A stretch of 53,837 nucleotides of DNA, filler included, from Sphacelaria rigidula (taxonomy: Eukaryota): NCBI GenBank assembly GCA_964200075.2. It is 5 parts of 5 records of this genome, joined end to end, with 100 filler letters (N's around TTAATTAATTAA, not from the genome) between each part and the next. Parts side by side here need not be neighbours in the genome. Positions count along the whole stretch, not along the records: positions 10,790 to 21,477 come from CAXNAA020006076.1; positions 21,578 to 32,265 come from CAXNAA020006077.1; 3 more parts are not named here. One strand, written 5' to 3'. This document shows positions 12,187 to 25,900 of the stretch, in pieces; the first letter of the stretch is position 1; each line of letters begins with the position of its first letter. Under the pieces are notes generated by a model that made no database searches, had not been told where the DNA came from, and worked only from the letters and a program-made list of their open reading frames with translations. The position numbers and the translations under genes were made by a program.

Positions 12187-15100
12187 GCTGTTGCTGTCAT
12201 CGCTCTGGGGTATTGGTGTTGGGGAAAAGGTGGCGGGTACATTTTCGGTTTCCCCTAGCCACACTAGCCCCGACATGCACTTGCTCGTTCGGGACTCGCG
12301 GTCGTGTCCGCTTTCTTGCCACATGCTAGACCTCACCTGGCACAAATGCGTGGACAAGGATAAGAAACGTGAGTGCATATGCGACAAAAAGCAGAGCGAC
12401 CGTCCCGTGTGTCATGACGTGCGATCTAGCTTCACGTGTGACGTTGCACGCGGACTACGTAAGGGTAAGGTACGGCAGTAGCAGTGTACAGCGGGCTTCA
12501 GTTTGTGGTCGATCGCATGTGAAACGTGATCTACTATAAGCACACGGCTAAGAGTGGGGTGCGTCTCTTTCCGAGAATTAAAAAAAAAACACTTCTGCTT
12601 CTTATCCTAGTGATTTCGTGATGATGGCCGTAGTTTCAGAACAATTTTCCCCTTCTGTTGTCGAACTTGTGTCGAGTCGTGCGTCGAGAACCAACTACGA
12701 GCAGATCGAAGCGATAGGCAACAAAACAAGGAAAAGGGACGGGATTTTTTTAGAAACACGCGGTCTATGCAGTCACCGTCACGAAATATTCACGGCACGG
12801 ACGAAGTTTAGTAAACCCGCCGGTGCATAGGCCTCGTAAGGGTTCCCATCTTCTTACCGCGTGAAATCGACACCGGGCTAGAGAGCGAAAACAGGGTACA
12901 CAGCATTCAGAACAATCACATACCTGCTCTCCGTTCTTGCCCTCCAGATCAATAGCTCGGTTCCAATGGGCGAAAAACGCTAGATGGACTTCGCTCAGAT
13001 GTCCAACCTGGGCATTGGTAGACATTGAGACATCACGCAACAACAACCGACGCGTGTGTTGCAGCACACGCAGTACTGTTCAGTGCAAATTCGCCATTTA
13101 GTCGACGAAAACAACATCCAAGTAAACATGGACTGGAAGTGTTTGACTCATGTACTACTGTGGGGAGAAGCGAAGGTGGTCACCTTGTTCCCTGCACCTG
13201 TTTTACGCATGCAGCCAGCTAAACAGTAAAATCCTGCGATTTCGAAAACAAAAGGGTGATGGATAAACGAGATTGAAAACGTGGCAAGTCAGTTCGGAAC
13301 AGCATTTATACACCCACGTCCCGAGACACCCCCCCGCACCCGTTAGGTGTAAGATACCCCTTGCCCCAGGCCTCCGTATGAAAAAAACAACGTTGGAAAT
13401 TATCCCCAACAGCGTTTGACAACTTGATGTAAGGAGAACGGTAGAGTAATGGTCGTGACGGATCTCAACCCCAATACATGCATTATAAGGGTCACCATTC
13501 AACTGTTTGCGAACAGATCCAGCTGGAGAGAAGAGAAACTATTCCGATCTCCGAGACCAACGAACGGAGGAGAGAAAGCGAATCCCGTGTCAGAAAAAAA
13601 AGAAGAAGAGTACGTACATGGACTTGCGACTTTTCGCCAGTCAACCGCAAGTACCTAACGAACCACGAACGAAATCATACGCACGTCCCGAGAGAATCCC
13701 ACCCACCTTCTTGTCGAAAACCCCTTGGTCCAGGCCGCTGCTCTCCTCGTCGCCTCCCTCCGCAGCCCGGTGATACAACATACACTCAGCATTCTGGAAG
13801 CACATGCCGCACTCTCGGGGGCGGCGGATCACCGGGGGCAACGCCGCGCCACCTCCCTGAGTCCCCCCGACTTCCCCGCCATCAATCTCTCCCCCACCCC
13901 CCCCTAGCAAACCCACACGGCCGATCTTGGCCATGCCCGTCGCGTGTCGATTTCTTGCGAGGACAAGAGCTCGAAGTTCGGCCGGTACAGGACACACAAG
14001 TTCTGCGGATGATCAACATCATAGTCAGAACGTAGGCGGGTGAGCATGTGGGGGGTAACGGGGAGAAAAGCAGCAGCCGTGAGAGGGGCAGAGGCGGAGG
14101 CGGAGGCGGAGGGGGGGGGGGGGGGAAGGATGGGGAAAACAATTTAACAATGCACTCAGAATTAGAAGTACGTGAGGAAAAGTGAAGAGCAGCAGAAGCG
14201 CACCCCAAAGATATGAATGCACTATGTAGAGTGCTTGATAGGGTCGGGTGGTTGAACTGTTGTTGCTGGATTTGCTGCGTAGTCAAGTAGAATTCAACGT
14301 GTGGTCGATTAGGGTGACACGAGCGCTGTAAATGATCGACGTGCATGAGAAAAAAAAAGTTGGCGGGAGGGGCTCACAGTGAGCGGTTGCGGCCATGTAT
14401 GAATGCATTGCTGAAGCAAAAGGGCGGTCCCCTTGTAAGACTCGCCTGTGTGCAGTTCGTCGCTGGAAGTGTAAACCAAGAGGCCGGAAGTTGACGCATC
14501 TGTACCGTATCGCACTTGTAGCAGCAGCGTGTACAGCATGACCTACAGCGAGCCCACGCACGAACAAGAAAGACGAAAAAAGTAAAAATAAAAAAATAAA
14601 AAGCCGACCACGAATGAAGGAAACAGCGATCGGCAGCCGGCGTACGGAGTTAACGCAGCGTAAGAGAGGACAAAAAAAGAGACATGAAAAAAGATAACTT
14701 GCGAAACGCAGGACACACAGATTTATGGAGGAAGACAAACACGCGCACGCACGCACACGAGCAAAATACGCACCTGAGCACGATGACTACTATGCGCGTC
14801 GCCAACCCTTTTTCCGGTCTTTACTTCCACAGGTGTCACTAATCTAACCCCACCCCCGACGGTGCCGCCCCTGGCCCCTCCCCCACCGCCACAGAGAAGC
14901 GGCTGCACAGTAGCCTCCACAGTAGCGTCCATAATCCCCTTCAACCCCAACACGGGACACCAAACATCGTCCTCAGTTGCAAGGACACGGACAACCTGAA
15001 CCCTGGCGGCAGGCGTGGCGTCCGGCCCTAGACATGCAAACCCACCCGCTTCCTGGGTGCCGGCTACAACGCTGCGACCATTCCCGACATTTCGTTGCTG

Positions 15101-18100
15101 TCCTTTCCTGTCGTAACCGCCAGTGTTGTTGGCGCCGCGGGCGTCGGATCGGTGATGAACGCCGTTCGTTCCGCCACGTGACGTTGTCGATGTTGGTGCG
15201 TATGCCGGAGACAGGAAAGACCGGTGCCACTGGAGAATGGGGCCACTGACCGCCTGAAGCTCACGGCGAGCCGTGTCTTCATCTAGCCCAGCACCGTAGA
15301 GCGCCTCAAGCTGGGAGACCACAATCTGGTCTGCTAGTTCCGTCATGTACTGAGAGGTCAATATTTGTCGTCGTCCTACACCCCCATTACTGGAATGATA
15401 GTACCCGGGCCCGGAAGGTTGGGCTTGATTTTGCCAAGCGGAAGCCGCGGCGGCCGTCGGCGATCTCCGTCCTTGCACCATCTGAGGACTCGAGTTTCCC
15501 GCGACGAGCGTCTTGGTTCCTGGTTGTATCGGCGTGTGGGGTACAGGGTTTGTATCGACCGCCGCCGCTGCCGCGAGGAGAGAAGTCTCGAACAGCTCGT
15601 GCTTTAGGCTGCCGAGCACGGCCGGCTTGCTTTTGCTCGCATCCGAAGCTAACCGCGACTGCAACACCGCCTTGCGGTTGCACAGCACCGTATCAGCCAC
15701 TTTAGTAGGCGATACCAAGATGTCCGGGTGTACGATCAAGAACCTCCCGGACCTGTTGTCTACCACAACATGCATCGATGTCATCATCTCTGCCACTTCT
15801 CTCTGAGCATCGCGCATCCTGCTTTCCGTTCCCCCCGCGGGCCCGGACGTCCTACCCATTACTCCTCCCGTCGTCCTGTCCTCGCCGCCGACCGAAAATA
15901 TCACGTGCACGACTTCTCCAGGCTCTACCTCACAGTCGTACCAATCGCCCTGCAACGATATCTTTCGTTGCTGTTGCGCGGTGGTCGCAAAGACGTCACT
16001 AGCTACACTACCCTCGACGCCAACAGCGCCGCCGCCACGCCCACAGGAGGGGACGGCGGCTGTCACGGGATCAGTTGGGTCTCGGGTGGAATCTCCATTG
16101 ACAATAGAACACAGGTCGCCGTCGCCTGCCGTGACATCTCTGGGGTGCTGTTCGAGTGCCGCAAGAACCTTTTCTCGGGTGCCGCTGGCAGAAGCTCGAG
16201 CGGACAGGTAGGTTACCTCTAACACCACGAACCTCCGGTGAACTAGCGCAGGGGCAAACACCGAGGAACGGTCAGCACTGCCGCTAACAACCGCCTTGCG
16301 TGGTGCCGCCATCGTTTCACCCTTCACCGCTTGAATTGCCCCTGATGCTATTGCCCCCGCCGCCGCCCCGGATAGCGTCCCTTTTCCCATTCGTGCACCC
16401 ACGTGCTGACTAGCTGGCAGCGAATGCCGTTGCTGTGATTGCTGCTGTCCCCAATCCGTCGATCGGGTCTTCAATTTCTCCGGCAAGTCGCCTACGCCAC
16501 CACCGCCGGAATTCCCATTTCTGCCTCGGCCCGACGTCGACTTCGCAAACTCATCAATACTTCCATGTGTCTTAAACGTATTACTGCCATTACTTTTGTC
16601 AGTAGCGAGATGTCTAGTCGCCCCTGCTGCGCTAGCGCCGCGTGGCGACGGCCGTGGATCCACCGTCATGTCGATGACTCCTGCTCCTCTTGCCACTGGA
16701 GCAACAGCTCGTCGTCTCGCCGCATCTCCAGAACCCCGCATCGCGGGTACATGCGTGGTCGAAGCACTACTCCCCCGCCCGCCCCTTGGGCACACCGTAG
16801 AACTCAACGGAGGCGCTTCTCGCCCCGGGACGATCTTTGAGTGACTGCTAGTATTGTGCCGCCGTTGATCGCGGTCACCGAGAGTCGCATCCACACCTTG
16901 GCTGCTCCCGTGGTTTAGTCCTCCTCGAGAGTTCCATTGGCCACGCTGGCCTTGACTGTATCCAGTACTTTGCTGTGAACTACCGAGATTGCTGCTGGTA
17001 CCGCGGCCACGCCCACCGCCACTATCGTTTCGCCCTCCGGTAGCCAGTTGTGTTGTAAGACCACCACCAGGATGTTGCCGGTGGTCGGCTCGCTTCGCGT
17101 TGGGACCGACCGTCATTAGCGGCGGGCGCGTTTCGACGCCTGCTGCCGGCCGCTTGGAGCCCGCCATTCGCGCTTCCTCAGCTCGCGCTGCCGTCGCTGC
17201 CGCCACCGTCCGTGTTTCGCTTGTCCAGGTGCCGCCCCCGCGAGGATTGCTGGCATCAGTAATTGCGTTTGCACTGTCACTGTTCGTCAGGCCAGCCAAC
17301 GATTTGAACGGAGCTACTGTCATTTTCGCGGACTGTGAAGTTGCGCCGTTGACCCCCGCGTGATGATCCATCGCCGATTTCCCATTAATGGGCGTTAATG
17401 TCGACTGCGACGCTGACTGACTGGCGGAAGCGTAGGCCTGGGTCGTCTTCTCCTCGATGGCTTGCAAGTCCGCTTCCGTTAGGAAATCAAAGTCATCACC
17501 AAATTCATCGTCTTCGGAAATGTCTCCCATGATGCCTACCCCTGAGCTTACTGCGATAGCATTCGCTCCGCTGACCAAGGCACCATCGCCATTCTCCCTA
17601 GCAACGACAAGTGTCTGAGAACTTTTTGCGAAAGTGGCAGGCGTGGGATCTGACGACTTTGACGGTGCTACCTCCGGCAATGCCTGTACAGGGACTACCT
17701 CTGTCTGTGTCTGTGACAGCGCCGGCGCGTCACTTTTTTCTTCCCCCGGGTCGTGTTGGCGTACAGGCTGCTTTGTGAGCGTATCCAACCCACCGTCTCC
17801 TGCAACGCCTACGGCCGCCGATAACCGTTCAACTGGATCTCGGCAAGACGCCAGAGCAGGGTACACAGCCGGCGCATCACCACCCGCGGCGTTTTCTCCG
17901 GCGTCACAACTATCACTACCGAAACAACCATCCGAGGCAGCGGCACTTGGCGTAACGGCGGCGGCGACCGCAGCAGCGGCGGCTAATGCTTCGTCCTTGA
18001 GCTGAAGCCTCATCCGACGGCCTTTCTCGGCATCCGCCATCTTTTTTCGCATCAACGCCTTCCTCGCCCAGTCACCGACGATCCTGGAGCCGGCGCCAAG

Positions 18101-18733
18101 GCCGCCACCACCGCTCGAACCTACATGTCCGTCCGCCCCATCTCCTACAGAGCACGCGCCAACCGCGGCATCGTCTCCATCCTGCGGCACCGTTTTCTCG
18201 CACACGCTGCTATTGCTACCCTGATTGCTGCTTCCGCCGATGGACAACCATCGGGTCAGCAAGTTCCCTCCGCCGAGGGGGTCATCCCGCGGTCCTCTCG
18301 AGTTGTTTCCCCCGTCTACTCCATCTCCAAAGCGGTCCGGATCGGCCTCTCCACCGGCTTCGCCTCTATGACTAACGCCCCCGGCCAAGACAGAACCTAA
18401 GCTGCAAAGCTCCTGCAGCACAACGCTGTCGGTGGCAGTGTCCAGCCGGCGGCGCTGCGGCGTGTCTTGCGAACCAAGCGGTACGCACATGTCTTTCGGG
18501 GCGACATCGAAACGCACATCATCAAGGAATTCGTCGTTGTTGGCAATGGATAATGGCTCGCCGCTACTGTTGGCAACGCCACCATCGCCGCTGCCGCCGT
18601 GGCTGCTACTGCTGCTACCTCGGCCGCGCCGTCTATAGGAGTCTCTCTGACCGAGGCCCAGTCGAGACTCTAACGACCCTGACGCAGCGGCTGTTCGGCT
18701 GCGTTTCCTGTGTCCGCTTAGGGGGGCCAAAGC
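11424..18733 (-). CDS. DNA2: DNA2 nuclease/helicase, partial (N-terminal extension, nuclease with Fe-S cluster, stalk/barrel; helicase lies off the contig)
   Basis: Exons 18733-14774, 14542-14446, 14002-13707, 13007-12924 and 12336 to about 11424 are phase-consistent; the last donor is uncertain. Dna2 motifs: LQGDW..GEVVHV, LIVHPDILVSPTKVADTVLCNRKAVL, GSLKHELFE, EDDVWCPVLGLKGIMDAT, PVEVKTGK..HRAQVMLYTLL, CGMCFQNAEC (Fe-S cysteines), FFAHWNRAIDLE, VGDMVCVS. Confidence 0.93.
12139..12187 (-). repeat. (AAC)n coding microsatellite giving poly-Asn in DNA2
   Basis: (GTT)n on the + strand, in frame in the DNA2 exon. Confidence 0.9.
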
Positions 18734-20826
18734 CTGACAAGGAGTGCATGGGGGATAGGTCAGGGGGAAGGAATGTCGATTCATGGGCCGCAGAGACAAG
18801 AGAAGGCACCGCTCTTGAGGTACTCGCGGGCCGTTCAGCCTAGCCCATCTAATTCACCTTCTCATTTCGCAAGTACCCACTGCGGTTGGGAAGGTGCATA
18901 CACGTGAAAGTATAATATCGCACCTATACGGGATGCTGTTGCCGAGATGGGTGCAAAGAATCAGCCAGTGGCATTCAAAGCATTCCCGCTTGTGACGCCA
19001 TTACTACATGCAGCGTCTACCACTGACCATCAGTTTCATTGGGTGCGACTCACACTGCGGTACTGTAGGTTGCGCTGCACCCCACAGATACGTTGTGCAT
19101 CACCGTCCTCGAAAAAAAAACTGGATGAGGTACTTCTTCCGTTATTTTTGGCACCCCAGGCCCCCTCCTCGCAGTTAGGCCGCAAAACATGCCACACTGG
19201 CGTGGAACTTATCACCTCGGGGTGCCATACAATGTAGCCATTGGCGCATGATTTCAGACAGCAGGGCCTGAGAAATGTAACACCGCCCTACTTATCGAAG
19301 CATTACCTCGAGCGCGATAGCTCTATAAGGGAAGCACCCCCAGCTCATCTCCGCACCTTCCAAAGAAGCTCGCCGCCATGCGAACTTATTTTGTGGAACA
19401 GTTACAGTAGAGTACAGCACGTGCCAACACCGGACGCGGCGGCAGGATGGCATGTGCCAAGAAGCACAGCCAGCACAACACTGCAGTGCCCTGCATGATA
19501 CGCTTTCGGCCTCAGCTGAATATAGTGTAGACCAGTGCTTAAGCTACTCTGGTTGAGTTGCAAGCACAGACAGCACAACAAGTACGGTACAGTACCAAGG
19601 GGGACACAGGTACCGAAGTGACCGTGTATAACACCCCCCACGATGATGACTTATCCTGCTGATTTTTCGACAACCAGGACGCTGTCCTGCATCATATTCC
19701 AACTATCTTAATAGAGCGAATAAAAAAAATGGTAACACTTCCATCAGTACGGCTGCAAGAAGAATGATCGCAGGTCTCGACGCCATCTAGGATAGACCAC
19801 CCAGGGCTGGGGGAAAGGGGGTGTTATACTCCGTAAACTACAATAGTTGTTGCTGCCGTCAACTCGTCCTACCCTCACCTTGTTCCCAGCACTGCCCGCA
19901 CGCTCTCCCGACATTTCCACCACGTACCTTGAAGAGGTTCTATCAGTGTGTAGCGTAGTAGATCAGCCTTATTGCTATGTGAGTAGAGTGTAGACAGTAC
20001 CGTAGCCTATCACCCAACAGCCGCGATGTTGAAGGCTCCACTCTATGACTTGTGCTTATGTTGCATCAGTGGTGCGGCGTATCTGTTGTACATGCACTGC
20101 GCATTGTTGCAAAATGCCGTACAAGGGTTTTTTCAGGAGCACACCAGAGACCTCGATAGCAGGTAAGCTCCGTCGAATAAGGAAAGCGCCCACTCGAAGT
20201 CGACAAAGCACGAGCACCCCCTAAGCTGTACTGTCACTTTCAGTACACTAGTCGAACGCCTCTCCCTGGGTTTCTACACCTGCCGAGGGGGTCTCCAATT
20301 TTGAAATGGATAATGATTAGTTCGGAGAAAAACGTACTTTTAAATGCTCAACGGGCGCTTGTTGGCCGGTTTAAACGATGCCGACCGACGCTGTCGTACG
20401 AACGTGAAGTCAGCACCAGAACAGCAGTACCGTGCAGCATCCTCTGCAGCAGTAAGTTGCGTGCGGCGGATCGTGGCGGGTGGAGCTGTGTGCCTTTGGG
20501 GGGGGCAAAATTCTGGACATAGACACCAGCTTCATTTTCTTGCGCACAAGGGTTTGAACGGGGCAAATTCGACAACAGGCAGTTATTCAACACTAGGGAA
20601 GAGCCACTGCCACCAGCAGAGGCTGTCAGGTCACCTCTCGTGTACGCTGAGGAGGAACGAATAGTGTGGTATTGGACAAGAGAAAGTCTTTGTGAAAGAG
20701 TGGAGGTCTTTGCACGGTACCTCTCGAGGAATAGTACAGGCAAAGTGCAGGCAGGAGGGAGATAACATTCACAAGTGAAGCAAGAAGCAAGCACAAGCAG
20801 CACAAGAAGACACACCCCAAATCACC

Positions 20827-21098
20827 ATGTTTCTCAACCAGATGATTCTCGATGGGTTCAAGTCCTACGCGCAGCGTACGGTCCTTACGGGGTTCGACAA
20901 GCATTTTAATGCCATTACCGGACTTAATGGAAGCGGGAAATCCAACATTCTGGATGCTATCTGCTTCGTACTAGGCATCTCTAACTTGTCGCAAGTGCGC
21001 GTGGCCAACCTCCAGGAATTGGTGTACAAGCAGGGCCAGGCAGGAGTTACCAAAGCTAGCGTCTCGCTCGTGTTCGATAATACTGAGAAAAAAAACAG
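20827..21098 (+). CDS. SMC2: Condensin subunit SMC2, first coding exon (3' partial)
   Basis: [18 protein letters not shown]...[56 protein letters not shown] is the SMC2-type N-terminal ATPase head with Walker A. Start context CACCATG; donor AG|GTGGGT. Confidence 0.95.
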
Positions 21099-21477
21099 GT
21101 GGGTCTTGACACGTGAGGAAGGGGAGAGGGGTGGTATGTCTGTACATCTGGGCATTATAGGGCAGTGCGGTACAGGATAATGCAGGCAAGGTGGTTGCCC
21201 GCGTACGCTAGTTTCGTCTGATATTGTAGTATAGTGATGGTGTGTATTCAGAACTGTTGTAACGGTTTTGGCTCTGGCGCACCCTGAAGCAGCAACGTGA
21301 TAAGACCCAACCGCACACTGACCCGCCCTGGCTGTACTGGACACTCATGTACTGCACTGCTATGTTCATGAAGCATCACGATTACCCCCTATTTTCCATG
21401 AAGCACCTTACCCCCCCCCCCCCACCCCCCCCCCCCCCCTCCCCCCCCCCCACCCCCTCCCCCCCCCCCCTCCCCCA

Positions 21478-21577
21478 NNNNNNNNNNNNNNNNNNNNNNN
21501 NNNNNNNNNNNNNNNNNNNNNTTAATTAATTAANNNNNNNNNNNNNNNNNNNNNNNNNNNNNNNNNNNNNNNNNNNN
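21478..21577. other. Artificial contig spacer
   Basis: N44-TTAATTAATTAA-N44. Confidence 0.99.
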
Positions 21578-22917
21578 CCCCTTAACGTATTTCACGATCA
21601 CATTTTTGACGAAAACTATGGGATTTTTTATTTTATTTTTTGCTAATTCCTTCCAATGTCTGGGCAAGGGTACTCAAAATCACGTGTCAAAATTTCAGGT
21701 CCAAACTCAAAAAAATGAGAGGGGCATGGCGATATTGCTTGAAAAATGGCGTCTTGGCCGGCCCAGCTTGTATTACTTTGGAAAAGCGTGCCCATGACCC
21801 CGTCAGCTTGGTCATCTTCAACATCGGAATACGATCATGTATGTGACACGAAATGATTATCTTGTTCGATACATGGCAGTTTCCATGAATATATCAAATA
21901 CCATGCGAAATTCGAGAGATTATCGTGCACCGGACATATGCGGGTTTCTTGCTTCGTCAAGCTCGTAGATGAAACAATGATTTCCTCGAAATAGGTGAAA
22001 CTAAGTGGCCATTTTCCTGCAGTTCGACATTACAGCAGCATCTGGTTCTCGAATGGCCAGAAATCACTCCATATACGAGCTGGGCCAGCCTAAAGACTGA
22101 TATTTCCTTCATCAAAGATACCTCGAAAACAACGGCGACATATCGCCGCGGGAACGCATGCCCCGACAGCTTGCAATATATTTGAGGGTGTTACGACAAG
22201 AAGAAAAAAAATCGTGTGCCGATAATATACCAAGTCAAGTATGGGGCGAAATTGACGAAAAATGCGCGAAATTTTTCCAGTCTGTGCTTGATACTTTGCA
22301 ACGACTCGTAGCTTGCTTGTATCACCCGCTCGCGCTAGCCCTGGAACATGACGTCGAGCCCGCCGATTCGGCGCTGGGAGAGGACCTCTGTATGTTGTAC
22401 TAGGGGGAAGCACAAGTGGCTACCAACGCTTCATCACCGAATCAACGCTACGCGGCAGCGTCGCCGGTAGTTTTTCTCCTTGCAAGCAAGCAGCTTCCAA
22501 GCACCGCGGGGCAAGCTAATCGAATTTTGGAGTGAACCTTCCAAGCCAGATAAACCCATAGGCCTACCCTTGACTTGGAATCACCTTTCGATTACCTTTT
22601 TTGCAAGTCTTTTCAAGAGGGGGTTGACGGCAGCCCGAAAAAAGCATCGTTCGGAGATGAGGTGGAGAAAAAACGAAAAAAAATATCCGATTCCAGATAG
22701 AGGGTAGGCCTACGTGTTTTTCATCTGGTATGATAGTTTCACCCTGAAACTCGTGCGCCGCGCATGGTTAATCGACTGTTCAGGTGGCGTCTTCGCCGAC
22801 CCAGATCGTACAAAACAATGAACAATTTGGGTCCCGAACTGCGCTTCTGTACACGATAAGTTGGGTTCCAATCGTACGATACAATTATCTGGTCATCTTT
22901 TGTACGGTTCTCTTCAC

Positions 22918-25900
22918 CTGACGCCGGGTTCCCCGCCAGGAGTGCACATCGGCGTAGCTGTACTGCTGCAACAGCTCCTTCTTGTCGACGCTGAAGATGT
23001 GCATACCGTCGGCATTGAACGCCAACAGCAAATTGTTGGGTAGGTTGGACAGGAGGTCTGGCACGCACTGCACCTTGAGACTGTAGAAGAAATGGCTGCC
23101 GTACCTGATTTTGTTGTTGAGGGTGGGGAGGGGAGGGGGCGTGTTCAGTCTCAGAGTTGATATCACGACAGGTTCACATTCAAAATGCTCGATTCAAAGC
23201 CCTTGATCCGTGAATATCGAATCAAACTCCAACACCTCACATGACCCGCTTGTTCCCTTCATTTCTGTGGTGAGTGCACGATAGTTCGTATCCCCAAATC
23301 CATGGCTACACCTTGTTGAGGTCATGGTGACGCTGACGCTGAACCCTCAGGCATGGGGTATGCTAAGGGTGCCATACGTAGAGCGTGCATTGGCAGACCT
23401 CATATCGGCGGTGTAGGCGCAGATTTGGATAAAAAGGAGCTATGTGTACACTATAAAAGGTACACTTGGGACTGTCAGCCTCGCTGAAGATCCAAATTTC
23501 GATGCTCACACCCTTGTACAGTGTGTTTCAACCGTGAATAGGGGGATACGAAGTCCGCGGGGTATAGTCTACAGCTACATTCCCTCATATTATTTCGATT
23601 CGTTCACGGGTCGGACGGATATTACTCGATTTGACAGTAGTGTGATTGATTCACACGGGCAAGGATCAACCCTTGAGCTTTGTTTTCAGCGTTGCATACC
23701 AGGTACGCACAGCCCAGGCACGCGTAATGGCACTAAAGTTGCGTGGGAACCATTTTGACCGTCGAGCGACTTCTTTTCATCTCTTTCGAGCAATCAGGCC
23801 TGACAAATCGTGGATTTGGTGATTCGAACCGGCGATGATTCGACCGGGCCGGGCATTCATGCACCTCGGGTACGTCCATACCGTGTTAACACGACCGGAT
23901 TTCGTAGCGAACCAGTGAAAAGGACATGATCAATCCATGAATCAATGGATGATGCATGACTACAAATGCTTACATGGGTCTGTCTCGGCACTGCTCTACA
24001 AATAGAATCTCTAGCTCTTGAAGGTCTTTGCTGATGAGGTCTGGCCACAGCTTGTCCACCTCATCTGCCCACTCCGCCACCTCCGTGTGTTGCAACCACG
24101 CCGGCGGGATGTATCGCCCAACCTACAACATCGGAGAGATAGAGAGACAGATACAACAGCAAGGGGAAAGGTGATCCTGTGTATTTGTACGATGTAAACA
24201 ATACAACACTCCATTTCTCTCGTAAAGTTGTATCGGCAAATACAGCGCCATGAAGGCAGATGAGGTAGCATCAGGCATGAGGTGTGTGTTGATTTTTTTT
24301 TTTCCCCTCACACTTCAAACCCCTCCCCTTCCTCGGGATGAGTCCGTCGTCTCGAGGGATCAACACGTCTCTCCACCGGTACCTGCCTTTCGTTTTGGTC
24401 TCGCGGATTGGGTCAGCACTTTCGCACCGCGTCAACTCACGTCACACAAACCCAGTCGACTACTTTTGTTTACTCACGTTCTTACGCTTTCCACGGTTGA
24501 AACATACGTTACGAAAAAAAAAAAACGCATCGGGAATCGAACCCCCGTTCTCTCCACCCTAATGCCGACAGTCGCGGACCATTACACCACCGGGGGGCGG
24601 CGACGTGTGATCATCAACGAAACGTGGACTGCAACCGTTGCTGGAAGACACCCGCGACCATCTCTATTTTGTGGACGGCACCTGCAGCGTACAAGATGAT
24701 ACACCACGAACTTTTAATGTGGGAAAGTTTCCATTTTGTCGGGAGTCTCTACTACCTTTACCTTGTGTACAATCTGTGCCATGTGCGTCCCCGCGGCGCG
24801 GGCTTGTGACGGCATCAAAAGATGAGATGCACCTATGGATTCCCTCAACTGGATGAAGGGAAACCTTGTGGGCTGTACTGAAACAGCTGCCACGACGCGC
24901 AGGTTGGACCAAGCAGAGTAAGTGAGATCGACGATCGACTCTGAATCCACTGTCCAGACTGGAGCCAGCATACCAACTATTGTAGTCTGAAATACAACTT
25001 GGCCACCCAACTACACGACCACAGTACTCAATGGGAAGCGCCTCATATGTCACGCTGTTTAGCGAGGAGGGCCCACTCGTGATGGTATTCCATCAACATC
25101 ATTGGTTATTTCGTCCTTGCCGTACAGTTTTTCCCTCCAGTACTTGGATTGACCACCCGTTAGACATACATGGGTGCAACTCGTGGTTTCTTCATCCTCC
25201 ACTGAAATTTGTCCCCGTGTACAATTCATGGGGGATTCTCCGTTCTTAATACGAGGCTCATTTTTTTTGTTGATTTTGCATCCTTGATCCTTCTTCAGTC
25301 GTTCAAGTCTTGAGGTGTGACCCGTCGCCGGCGTGCTACATTGGAAGATGTAGCCCTGGACTCACAACCGGCTGGAGCATTCGCTCGCGAAATGTGCTGA
25401 ATAGCCACAAAGAGATGCCCAGGTTGAACCTTGTGAATGACATCACCTCTGCGGTCGGTCGACCATGTATTCCCACGCTCCGCTCTGGAGCATATCTATT
25501 TCCCTCTGTATATGTGGATTTCGTACAGTAGTGCGTCGTTGCTGCTGATGACAAACGTGCCCGGATGTACGCACTGCTGGCCTTATGTATATGGTCTCTC
25601 TCAGCCATCCGATGGGGACCGTGACATGAGTGAGAATCTAAACACAGTGATGCCAGGTACGAGAACGGCCTAAGCGCTCCCAAAGTTTCACTCGTTCCAA
25701 AATATCAGAGCGTAGCATGGCTGACACTCCGGTGGCCTAACGGTCCAGGCTCGCAATCATCAAGCGCTATGACGTGTTGCTCAGCGAGTCGCATGAAGGG
25801 TGAGTTGCTACCTGTCTAGATTGTCCAGCATTTGGATGGCAGCCTCAAATGAGTTGCTTCATCTTTTGCTATCGCCAGTTCCACAGACATCCACAGGTTA

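Noticed and set aside
23195..23665. Patchy inverted similarity in a MyTH4-FERM intron
   Set aside because: Matches are short and the boundaries cannot be defined by eye.
24526..24597. Functional tRNA gene
   Set aside because: A and B boxes are present, but the acceptor and anticodon stems do not pair, and it is attached to a dispersed repeat body.
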